This document shows positions 6,465 to 13,409 of a stretch of 15,121 nucleotides of DNA, piece by piece; position 1 is the first letter of the stretch; each line of letters begins with the position of its first letter. The stretch is from a virus (lineage: Duplodnaviria; Heunggongvirae; Uroviricota; Caudoviricetes), in the IMG/VR virus record IMGVR_UViG_3300050581_000228, one strand, 5' to 3'. A program made the position numbers and the translations under genes. The notes under the pieces were generated by a model. That model saw only the letters and a list, made by a program, of their open reading frames with translations. It was not told the DNA's origin and made no database searches.

Positions 6465-6677
6465 TTAACTTCGTTGGGCAAGTTGGCGCAGCGCCACGGT
6501 TAGGATTCGATTGGCGTCTCTGCGGTGCCCACTAATACGGAGTGGTGCTGGCAGATCGGGATGGGAAACCCGTAGCTCTCCGGTACGCCGAATCGGCTTG
6601 ACATTGCAGCCAAGTGTCTTGGCGACTCCCAGGGCAGCACGCCGGTTCATTCCCGATATTACCGATACTTGCCTCAT
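6465..6677 (-). CDS. HicA-like (dsRBD-fold) small basic protein (about 70 aa)
   Basis: LG.....RRTGELRVSHPD...LRISGHRRD...LRQL aligns by eye to the HicA pattern G.....KGSH..FKHPD...VTVPGH..D...ILKQ. Confidence 0.5.
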   Translation of the reverse strand: MRQVSVISGMNRRAALGVAKTLGCNVKPIRRTGELRVSHPDLPAPLRISGHRRDANRILTVALRQLAQRS

Positions 6678-6689
6678 CGCTATTGAGGG

Positions 6690-7055
6690 CTAGATGCCTA
6701 GCTCTTGGAACGCTTCGATCTCGTCTTTCGTGAGCTTCTTGCGGGCTTGTCGCCGGAGGGCAACAAGTCTTGTGTACTCGGCGTTTTCCTCTTTGTAGGT
6801 CTGGATGGCCTCTTTGTAGGCTTTGCGGCACGCTTCTTTTGTGCCTTGGCCATTTCCTCCGCAGGCTTCGCAGAGGATTCGACGGCGGTGGTCCTCTTGG
6901 AGCCATTGCGCCGGGTTGTCAACTTCTTCGATCCACCCTCGGCCTTTGCAAACAAGGCAGGGATATGGTCTGCCAACATCACTTCCGTGGACGAGACAGA
7001 AGAATCCGAAGTTCTTGTAGGGTCGGCGGGGTCTGGGTCGGTCGAGCTTTCGCAT
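6690..7055 (-). CDS. DnaJ-type CxxCxGxG zinc-finger protein (121 aa from ATG 7055; frame open from 7130)
   Basis: Two repeats CLVCKGRG and CEACGGNG, then an amphipathic helix. Confidence 0.7.
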   Translation of the reverse strand: MRKLDRPRPRRPYKNFGFFCLVHGSDVGRPYPCLVCKGRGWIEEVDNPAQWLQEDHRRRILCEACGGNGQGTKEACRKAYKEAIQTYKEENAEYTRLVALRRQARKKLTKDEIEAFQELGI

Positions 7056-7474
7056 TCGTCTTGGTACTTTGCTGTTCGTGGCCTGGTCAGAATCTCCATG
7101 ACCTTGCGCGGCAGCTTTTTCTTTGCCCACACAGGAAAGGCCATTGGGAGTTTTCCGAAGATTTCAATAAGGCCCCGGACGCCAGTTGCCTCACAGGCTT
7201 TGGCCCAAAGCCGTTCGTGTCGCTCGCAGTCCCCTTGGGCGGCTTTGAGCGTCTTGTAGAGGCGGGGCTTCGTCACGAAGTCCCACATCTCGAATAGCTT
7301 CCCCTCGTCACCACCGTAGTTCGGGACGACCGTTCGGACGCAGGCTTGAAAGCGGGCCGGCACCTGAACGCCGTGGACCTCGCGCCGCCAGATGATCCGG
7401 TAGCCCTCCTCGGAGAACCAGTAGCGAATGACTTTCCGGCTCTGGCCTCGTTTTTTCCTCCGCCTGAAGTCCAT
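6698..7474 (-). CDS. Hypothetical protein with basic N-terminal domain and long Lys/Arg/Ser/Thr-rich tail (258 aa from ATG 7474)
   Basis: Globular-looking N-terminal ~140 aa; the tail runs in another frame across the Zn-finger gene. Confidence 0.6.
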   Translation of the reverse strand: MDFRRRKKRGQSRKVIRYWFSEEGYRIIWRREVHGVQVPARFQACVRTVVPNYGGDEGKLFEMWDFVTKPRLYKTLKAAQGDCERHERLWAKACEATGVRGLIEIFGKLPMAFPVWAKKKLPRKVMEILTRPRTAKYQDECESSTDPDPADPTRTSDSSVSSTEVMLADHIPALFAKAEGGSKKLTTRRNGSKRTTAVESSAKPAEEMAKAQKKRAAKPTKRPSRPTKRKTPSTQDLLPSGDKPARSSRKTRSKRSKS

Positions 7475-7486
7475 CGCTTTTTGCTC

Positions 7487-7515
7487 TTGACCTGTTTTCC
7501 AGCGATCAGTAGGAT
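7487..7515 (+). promoter_or_regulatory. Sigma70-like promoter for the plus-strand methyltransferase
   Basis: TTGACC (7487-7492), 17-nt spacer, TAGGAT (7510-7515); -35 matches 5/6 and -10 matches 4/6; 45 nt upstream of ATG 7561. Confidence 0.6.
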
Positions 7516-7545
7516 TCCCATTTATGGGAATTGGTGAGATTCCCA
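7513..7545. promoter_or_regulatory. Operator-like triple repeat: ATTCCCA / TGGGAAT / ATTCCCA
   Basis: GATTCCCA at 7513-7520 and 7538-7545 with inverted TGGGAAT at 7525-7531; overlaps the predicted -10 and start site. Confidence 0.5.
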
Positions 7546-7560
7546 CCGGAAGGAACCGAT

Positions 7561-8310
7561 ATGTCTACAGCCGCAGGGAAGCTGGCCGATGACGTTCTGC
7601 GCTGCCCCAAGTGTGGGAAGGAGATTACTTCGCTATGCTGCAACCATTGCGGGAGCCGTCTCCCGAGCGAACAACAACGGCTCTATGCAGCACTCCGTAA
7701 TGCACTTCCTTTGGGTGGAATTCCACGTGGGAAACGACCCATAGGCGGGGACTCAGACGATGATGCCGAGCCATTCATCCTTCGCATGTCGCCAGCTTCG
7801 TCAAGCAACGATCTGGTCGAATCGTCAACGTCGGTCAACCACGAGCGTTACACGCCGCGCGAATTGATCGCTCTCGTTCACCAGGCTCTCGGCCAGATCG
7901 ACCTCGATCCGGCTTCCAGCAAGGAGGCCAACAAGGTCATAAAGGCCAAGGCCATCTTCACGAAGCAGACTGATGGACTGAAGCAACGCTGGTATGGTCG
8001 CGTGTTCCTGAATCCACCCTTCGACGATTGGCCTACCTGGATGGCGAAGCTCGACCAAGAGATCGCAGCGCGACAAGTCAAGCAAGCCATCATGGTTGGT
8101 CCGGCGAACATCTCCGCTTTTCGTCCTCTGCTCAAACGCAACGGTCTCCTATTCGTTCCCGACGAACGCCCAAAATACTACGATCCAAACTCCGAGAAAC
8201 TGATCGACCCACCGTTTGGCTCTCTGATGTGTTACATTGGTTCGGCAAGCAAACAGTTCGCCAGGGTCTTCGGATTGCATGGGCTGGTTCTCCAGCCGGT
8301 CAATTGCTAG
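7561..8310 (+). CDS. Phage Dam-family DNA N6-adenine methyltransferase with N-terminal Zn ribbon (249 aa from ATG 7561)
   Basis: ERYTP, IDLDPASS, FTKQTDGL..RWYGRVFLNPPF (motif IV); CPKC...CNHC; GGAAGGA RBS before ATG 7561. Confidence 0.85.
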   Translation: MSTAAGKLADDVLRCPKCGKEITSLCCNHCGSRLPSEQQRLYAALRNALPLGGIPRGKRPIGGDSDDDAEPFILRMSPASSSNDLVESSTSVNHERYTPRELIALVHQALGQIDLDPASSKEANKVIKAKAIFTKQTDGLKQRWYGRVFLNPPFDDWPTWMAKLDQEIAARQVKQAIMVGPANISAFRPLLKRNGLLFVPDERPKYYDPNSEKLIDPPFGSLMCYIGSASKQFARVFGLHGLVLQPVNC

Positions 8311-8314
8311 ACCG

Positions 8315-8356
8315 CGAGAGCCAGCACTTCCTCGCTGGAATGCTCTTGGCGATTTT
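8315..8356 (+). terminator. Possible intrinsic terminator between convergent genes
   Basis: CCAGC/GCTGG inner stem plus CGAGAG/CTCTTG outer stem with a 4-nt bulge, followed shortly by ATTTT; imperfect. Confidence 0.3.
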
Positions 8357-8370
8357 GGATAGCTGCTCGG

Positions 8371-9327
8371 TTACACGCCGCAGCACTCCCGTCTGGTCAT
8401 GCAGCCAAGCGTATTGAACGGCCTGACGGCAGGCTTGCTGGCCATCATCGACTTTGCCCGGTCAGTCAGCTTCTTCTCCAGCATCCGCTTCAACCTCCGA
8501 CTCACTGTCTCGGCTGCATCGCAGTCGATCGCGTCGTAGTCGTCGGTGTCCATGTCGTCCAGCCGCTCAATGAACTCCTCGATGAAAGTGTCATCCTCGT
8601 ACTCGTCGAGGATCAGGAGTTCCTTCCCTGCCCCGTTAGAGAATGGGAATCGGAGGACCGTGGTGCCGGCAAGACAGCAGCAGGTGTTCACGATGTAGAG
8701 CGAATCGGGCGACTGGCCGACAACGATGTACTCGCCGCTGACCTGCTCGATCGGATCATCGCATTCGAGCGGGATTTCCAGGAACACCAACTTTCCGACG
8801 TGGCTGGGGTTCTCGCCGACCATCGGTTTCGCGCACTCCTCGTTCGACAGGAACTGCCCGCCGAACATTTCGGCGAACGCCCGATCCAGGACGGACGAGT
8901 ATCCCTGCTCTTTCAGGGCGGAACGGCTGTCCTTGCTCGGGACCGGCGGCTTCATGGCTGCCGGCTGGTCGCCGTCAAGCGATTCCAGACGGGCAAGATT
9001 CTGCTGGACGCCTTGGCGCGTGCCACTGAGCGCACTGCGAGGGAACAGGAAGGAGAGCATGGTGCGTCCTTCTTCCAGGCCACGGATTACGGACTTGCAC
9101 CGATCCTTCACTTGCCGGATCAAGTCGGCGTCGTCGCGGCTGTCAAAGACCACCCCGACAAGCCCTGCACCCGAGAGCGGGATCAGCGGAAACACCATCC
9201 CTTCGGTCCCCGGACAGATCGGCACAATCTCGATATGATCCGCGTAATGCGCCGTGCAAATGTACTCATTGCGATGGCCGCCCTCGCCGGTCGGCGAGAT
9301 AGTCAGAATCTTTCCTCGGTAGTTCAC
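8371..9327 (-). CDS. Hypothetical protein with acidic C-terminal region (318 aa)
   Basis: AGGAG 7 nt before the GTG start; long ORF on the operon strand; no family recognised. Confidence 0.75.
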   Translation of the reverse strand: MNYRGKILTISPTGEGGHRNEYICTAHYADHIEIVPICPGTEGMVFPLIPLSGAGLVGVVFDSRDDADLIRQVKDRCKSVIRGLEEGRTMLSFLFPRSALSGTRQGVQQNLARLESLDGDQPAAMKPPVPSKDSRSALKEQGYSSVLDRAFAEMFGGQFLSNEECAKPMVGENPSHVGKLVFLEIPLECDDPIEQVSGEYIVVGQSPDSLYIVNTCCCLAGTTVLRFPFSNGAGKELLILDEYEDDTFIEEFIERLDDMDTDDYDAIDCDAAETVSRRLKRMLEKKLTDRAKSMMASKPAVRPFNTLGCMTRRECCGV

Positions 9328-9345
9328 AGTCGATCTCCTGTTGGG

Positions 9346-9561
9346 TTAGTAGCCCCGCCCTCGATTGCGACGAGGATGCAGCGGGCTGTAGGTGTTGCGG
9401 ATCACTGGAGGCCGACGAAGGGCCAGCAGTTCGGCCATCTTGTGGGATGCGCCATTCTGTCGGCAAAGCTCATAATGAGCCTGGACCTTGGGATCGTCGC
9501 TGATCCGAGGGTAGTTTGCGGCTCCTTTAATGCCGCAAGTTCGCTTATTGCCCGTTTCCAC
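9346..9561 (-). CDS. Phage hypothetical protein (71 aa from GTG 9561)
   Basis: AGGAGG 6 nt before GTG 9561; fills space upstream of the 318-aa gene. Confidence 0.65.
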   Translation of the reverse strand: METGNKRTCGIKGAANYPRISDDPKVQAHYELCRQNGASHKMAELLALRRPPVIRNTYSPLHPRRNRGRGY

Positions 9562-9938
9562 GCTGTTCCTCCTGGACAAAGGTGGTATGAGTTCCCAATA
9601 GCTAGGTCGAAGTAATAACGCCTGTCTCCTGTCTTTAGGAACTCCCAGTACAGCGGATGAATCTCATTGCGGATTAGAATGGCATCCGCTGGCGATCTCC
9701 GTTCTCCGGGCCGGCATTCACCAGTTGTGTAGTGAATGCCTGGCTCGAAGTACCATTCCTCGCCGTCGCCACAACAATCGCAAACCTCAATTGGACTGCG
9801 TGGATAAATCCATTCGTAAACGATGTTGTGGAATGTGTCCCAACTCGTATGGCGGCGTTCGAGCATTCGCCGGAATCTTCTGCTCTCAAACGGCAGATTC
9901 AGGAAGCCGAATTGTTTGCACTGCGCGCAGCCAAGCAT
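9402..9938 (-). CDS. Cys-rich phage hypothetical protein (178 aa)
   Basis: GGGGA before the ATG; CAQC and CDCCGDG motifs; the 3' 160 nt overlap the next gene in another frame. Confidence 0.6.
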   Translation of the reverse strand: MLGCAQCKQFGFLNLPFESRRFRRMLERRHTSWDTFHNIVYEWIYPRSPIEVCDCCGDGEEWYFEPGIHYTTGECRPGERRSPADAILIRNEIHPLYWEFLKTGDRRYYFDLAIGNSYHLCPGGTAWKRAISELAALKEPQTTLGSATIPRSRLIMSFADRMAHPTRWPNCWPFVGLQ

Positions 9939-9951
9939 GATCTTCCCCGGT

Positions 9952-9989
9952 TGCCGGCCCGGCCGGGAAACCCAGCGGCCCGGCCGGCA
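9952..9989. repeat. Strong GC-rich intergenic inverted repeat (13 of 14 bp paired)
   Basis: TGCCGGCC C GGCCG - GGAAACCCAG - CGGCC C GGCCGGCA; no U-tract on either strand. Confidence 0.75.
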
Positions 9990-9999
9990 GAACTATCGA

Positions 10000-10233
10000 C
10001 TACTCGTACTGTTCACCAAGGGGAACGATCACGACCGCATTCTTGAGGCAGTGAACGTAAACCCGCCGACCGTCCGTATTGAAACCGGATACATAGGCCG
10101 GCTTCTGTTCGTCGCCAGGAATGACTTGTTGAACTGTCAGTCGTTTCAGTTTCATCTCCGAACCACGGCGCACGGGATAGGCAAGGGTGCATCCGGTCTT
10201 GATCTCGCGGCCGACGTAATCTGTTACTGTCAC
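10000..10233 (-). CDS. Small beta-rich (SH3/KOW-like) phage protein (77 aa)
   Basis: DYVGREIKTGCTLAYPVRRGS pattern typical of small phage beta-barrel proteins; fits operon packing. Confidence 0.7.
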   Translation of the reverse strand: MTVTDYVGREIKTGCTLAYPVRRGSEMKLKRLTVQQVIPGDEQKPAYVSGFNTDGRRVYVHCLKNAVVIVPLGEQYE

Positions 10234-10248
10234 TTGTTTTCTCTCTAT

Positions 10249-10545
10249 TTAAGACGACAGGCGGGGAGGGGTATTTCCGCCAACTTCGGACCATTTTTCC
10301 AGGCCATTCCGTCTTCCCAGGACGGAATAGAGCGCACGGGTCAACAAATCCCACGCGAGCAGCCGCTTTCGTGGAAAGCCTTCGACCGTCCCGGCCTTCC
10401 AGAGGCGGCCAAGGGCATCTCGCAACTCCACCCGGTAGTGGCCTTGGGTGGATGTTCCTACGCCAGTGTTGACGATCTTTCCGGTCGCAATAGTCTTAAC
10501 CTCGCCGGTTACGGCAGAATGCAGTTCGATCTTCACGACGAGCAC
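10249..10545 (-). CDS. Phage hypothetical protein, 98 aa (MLVVKIELHSAVTG...; GTG at 10545, not 10869)
   Basis: AAGGAGGG about 6 nt before GTG 10545; the extra 5' part of the track ORF is a shadow of the methyltransferase. Confidence 0.8.
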   Translation of the reverse strand: MLVVKIELHSAVTGEVKTIATGKIVNTGVGTSTQGHYRVELRDALGRLWKAGTVEGFPRKRLLAWDLLTRALYSVLGRRNGLEKWSEVGGNTPPRLSS

Positions 10546-11279
10546 GACCAGCCCTCCTTGTTGGGCATCATTCCATGCTCTTCCGCGATCTTCTCGCAGT
10601 AGCCACGGTCGATTTCGATGAGTGTGCATGGGTTGCCGGTCTGTCTGCACACTCGGAGCGTGGTGCCAGTGCCGGCGAACGGGTCCAGAACCGACTCGCC
10701 AGGCAGCGTGGTCAACCTGATGCACCGCTCGACCAAGCCCTCGTTCAGTTGCGTCGGGTGCCAAGGACGGCGCTGCTTGCTGTTGCCTACAACACGGGTG
10801 AAATCGAACACGTCGCCGGGCACCCGGCCGCGCGGGTCGGCCCGCTTGTCGCCGTTCTCCTGCCGCCAACTTGGCACGCGGATAGCGTCAGGGAGCAGCG
10901 GAGCATCGTGCCAACGAAGTCTGAGCAAGGGACGATGATTGTTGCCCAAATCGCGGTGGTTGTGCTGCCCGAACGTGAATACCTGGACGCAGGGCTTTGC
11001 CTCCACGTCGCCGCAGTAACGGCCGATAACTTGCTTGACGGCCGCCCCGATCTCAAACGTCCATTTCGAGTTGTAAGAGAACCAGACCGTTTTGGCCTTT
11101 CGGATGAACACGTTCAGCCACTCGTAGAGCAAGCCGACGTATTCTTCATCCGGGTGACGATCCCTGTAGGTGTCGTAGCCCAAGCCGATATTATCAGGAG
11201 GGTCCGCGATGCAAGTGCTCCACCACTCCTCGGTAGCCTTCAGGTATTTGAGGCAGTCGGCGTTTATCAATCGGTGCAT
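10533..11279 (-). CDS. Beta-class N6A/N4C DNA methyltransferase-like protein with non-canonical motif IV DPPD (248 aa)
   Basis: LINADCL, IADPPDNIG, PGDVF, WHPTQLNEGLVERCI, VLDPFAGTGTT (motif I) and IEID..YC. Confidence 0.88.
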   Translation of the reverse strand: MHRLINADCLKYLKATEEWWSTCIADPPDNIGLGYDTYRDRHPDEEYVGLLYEWLNVFIRKAKTVWFSYNSKWTFEIGAAVKQVIGRYCGDVEAKPCVQVFTFGQHNHRDLGNNHRPLLRLRWHDAPLLPDAIRVPSWRQENGDKRADPRGRVPGDVFDFTRVVGNSKQRRPWHPTQLNEGLVERCIRLTTLPGESVLDPFAGTGTTLRVCRQTGNPCTLIEIDRGYCEKIAEEHGMMPNKEGWSCSS

Positions 11280-11530
11280 GGATCAACGGCCTCCTCCAAA
11301 TCCCACCCCTCGTATTCACAGTCGCAGCGAGACTCCAGGATGTGCCGAATGGAGCGGGCATCGCCTTCCCTTGCCTTCGCCAACGTCAGGCTGCGAACCT
11401 CGTCGTCGGCGTAGCAGCCCAATTCATCGAGTTTGGCGAACAGCCTGCGCAACGCGGATTCCAATCGCTCAGGCGTGTCAGCAAGCCAATGCTGGTTCCC
11501 GTACTTGCCGTAGTAGGTTAGAATCCTCAC
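11267..11530 (-). CDS. Phage hypothetical protein, 87 aa (MRILTYYGKYG...; GTG at 11530)
   Basis: AAGGAG 8 nt before GTG 11530; C-terminal RCDCEYEGW. Confidence 0.72.
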   Translation of the reverse strand: MRILTYYGKYGNQHWLADTPERLESALRRLFAKLDELGCYADDEVRSLTLAKAREGDARSIRHILESRCDCEYEGWDLEEAVDPCTD

Positions 11531-12155
11531 AATCCGCTCTCCTTGTATAGTTGATGGTGCATCGCTTCTTCTCAAAGACCCAGAAGTACGAGTGAAACTT
11601 CCGCGCGTGCTGTTGCTCTTTGAGGTTGTCGCGGATGAGTCGGTTGTTGGCCACCAGGATGAACAGATCGCGGGGATAGAAGCCACTCACGATTGCTTGT
11701 TGCATGATCTCGCAGTGCGAGAACCAGTTCCGTCGGCCGTGGACGACATCCTGACACTTGAAGACGAGAATGCCGTGCGGCTTCAGGATGCGGTGTAGTT
11801 CCTTCAATGAGTCGCGGTAGTATGCCCAGAGGTCAAGGATCGTGGGCATACAGGAAAAACGTCCCCTGATGATCCCCGTGTCCAGATGCGAGGTGGAGGC
11901 GACAAACGGAGGGTCAAAGATCGCCGACGATATGCTGCCATCAGCTAAAGGGAGTCGTCGTGAATCGGCCTGAATGACGCCTGCCGCCTGTGGCGCGAGA
12001 TCGAACTTGTACTGCGGCTCTGGGACTCGACCGTCCTTGTAAAAGCCGCCGGTGCTGTAGGTCACATCGCAATCGAACCTTCCGCCGCAGAACAACCGTG
12101 CGATGTCCGCCAAGAGCGCTCCTTGATCGTCGTTTACAGAACGAATGATGTCCAC
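11478..12155 (-). CDS. Phage adenine-type SAM-dependent methyltransferase, motif I before motif IV (225 aa)
   Basis: DCDVTYSTGGFY (motif I variant), QADSRRLPLADGSISSAIFDPPF, LHRILKPHGILVFKCQD and HARKFHSYFWVF; GGAG RBS. Confidence 0.85.
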   Translation of the reverse strand: MDIIRSVNDDQGALLADIARLFCGGRFDCDVTYSTGGFYKDGRVPEPQYKFDLAPQAAGVIQADSRRLPLADGSISSAIFDPPFVASTSHLDTGIIRGRFSCMPTILDLWAYYRDSLKELHRILKPHGILVFKCQDVVHGRRNWFSHCEIMQQAIVSGFYPRDLFILVANNRLIRDNLKEQQHARKFHSYFWVFEKKRCTINYTRRADCEDSNLLRQVREPALAC

Positions 12156-12157
12156 CG

Positions 12158-13408
12158 TTACGCTCCGAGTGCAAAATGTTTCTCATTGATGGAATTCAGA
12201 CGGGCGGCAGCGATTTCGCAGGAGTGAGCGTCCAACTCGACGCCAACGCACTGGCGTCCTAATCGCTTGGCCGCCACGAGGGTCGTTCCACTGCCTGCAA
12301 ATGGATCGAGGATTATGCCGCCGTTGGGCGTCGATGCGAGCGTCAGAAGGTATTCCATCAAGTCCAGGGGCTTGACGGTCGGATGGTCGTTGCCCGGTCC
12401 TCTCTCCTTCTTCGATGCCTTGCTGCAATAGAAGAATCGAGAGGCCCCGCCCGAATCGCCGTAAGTGCCGTTGGCAGTCGCCGTATCGGGGAAATCGCCG
12501 TGATAGCCGCCTTCGCCTTTGCTCTGGGCGCGTTGCTGACCGGGCTTCATCTTGCCGCTGGTAAGCGTGCCGCTCTGGGCGTCAAGCTCCTGGGCTGCCT
12601 CTTCATCGAGCAGAAGATTCGCCGGAAAGCGGCCCAAACGTTGACCGGCCGTTCGATGTGTTTCCTGCGCGCAACTGTCTCCGTATTTCCCCTTGCTCTT
12701 GGCGGCCTCGGGACTACGAGCGTGATTGCAGACGCGATCATCCGTTCCAATCCGTCCGGCATTGATGTTCAATCCTGCTACGCCATGTTTCACCGCATTG
12801 GTTGCGAACGTGCCGTCCAACGGCTTCATCGCCAGGATGATCGGCTCCCACGCTGGCTTGAGCGCCGTCCCCCAACCTTCCCAACATTTGGCAAGATGCG
12901 TGGCCGGAATCGTTATCTTCTCAACACCGTATCCGAAAATCGCCTTGTTGTTCTGGTTGGCCTTTGCAGCCGCGTAGGTGGAGCCATTGGTCTTTGCCTT
13001 TTCAACATCTCCTCTGACAATCTCCCCAATTACCGCCCTTTCGACTCCCGCTTGCTTGTCAATGGCTTTGGAAATGTCCAACGATTTCGGGAAGCCTTGC
13101 CCATGAAGCCACATGAGACAGTCTCGAATCTCCCAGCCGGCGTCTTCAATCGCGCAGATCAGCCGATGAAAAGTTCGCGTGCCGCCAAAAGCCAGCAGGA
13201 AGGCTCCCGGTTTGCAGATATTGGAGATGACTTCCCAAAAACTCGGACCAGGAACGTCGAAGTCCCAATCCTTCTCCATGAAGCACAGGCCATAGGGCGG
13301 GTCGGTGACAACGAAGTCCACCGCGTTTGGCTGCATCGCCACGGGTAGCACTTCCCGTAGATCGCCGTGGTAGAGCGTGATGTTGTCTTCTTGGTAGTAA
13401 GGCTGCAT
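12158..13408 (-). CDS. Beta-class N6A/N4C DNA methyltransferase, large (416 aa from ATG 13408)
   Basis: LYHGDLRE, VVTDPPYGL, GFPKS, PAWEPIILAMKP, GRFPANLL, SRFFYCSKAS, HPTVKP, ILDPFAGSGTT and GVELD; GGAG RBS. Confidence 0.95.
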   Translation of the reverse strand: MQPYYQEDNITLYHGDLREVLPVAMQPNAVDFVVTDPPYGLCFMEKDWDFDVPGPSFWEVISNICKPGAFLLAFGGTRTFHRLICAIEDAGWEIRDCLMWLHGQGFPKSLDISKAIDKQAGVERAVIGEIVRGDVEKAKTNGSTYAAAKANQNNKAIFGYGVEKITIPATHLAKCWEGWGTALKPAWEPIILAMKPLDGTFATNAVKHGVAGLNINAGRIGTDDRVCNHARSPEAAKSKGKYGDSCAQETHRTAGQRLGRFPANLLLDEEAAQELDAQSGTLTSGKMKPGQQRAQSKGEGGYHGDFPDTATANGTYGDSGGASRFFYCSKASKKERGPGNDHPTVKPLDLMEYLLTLASTPNGGIILDPFAGSGTTLVAAKRLGRQCVGVELDAHSCEIAAARLNSINEKHFALGA

Positions 13409-13409
13409 G

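Noticed and set aside
6465-7055. HicAB toxin-antitoxin pair
   Set aside because: Neither neighbour resembles HicB (one is a CxxCxGxG Zn finger, the other an exonuclease), and the HicA-like protein lacks the catalytic His.
10546-10869. 5' extensions of track ORFs 10249-10869 and 11267-11686
   Set aside because: They overlap methyltransferase genes; strong RBS-GTG starts at 10545 and 11530 define shorter genes.
8800-11414. Long plus-strand ORFs 8800-9615, 9823-10602 and 10575-11414
   Set aside because: Antisense to RBS-supported minus-strand genes; no recognisable domains or promoters.
12383-13348. 321-aa plus-strand ORF
   Set aside because: Lies wholly antisense to a clear methyltransferase and has no motifs; typical shadow ORF in GC-rich DNA.
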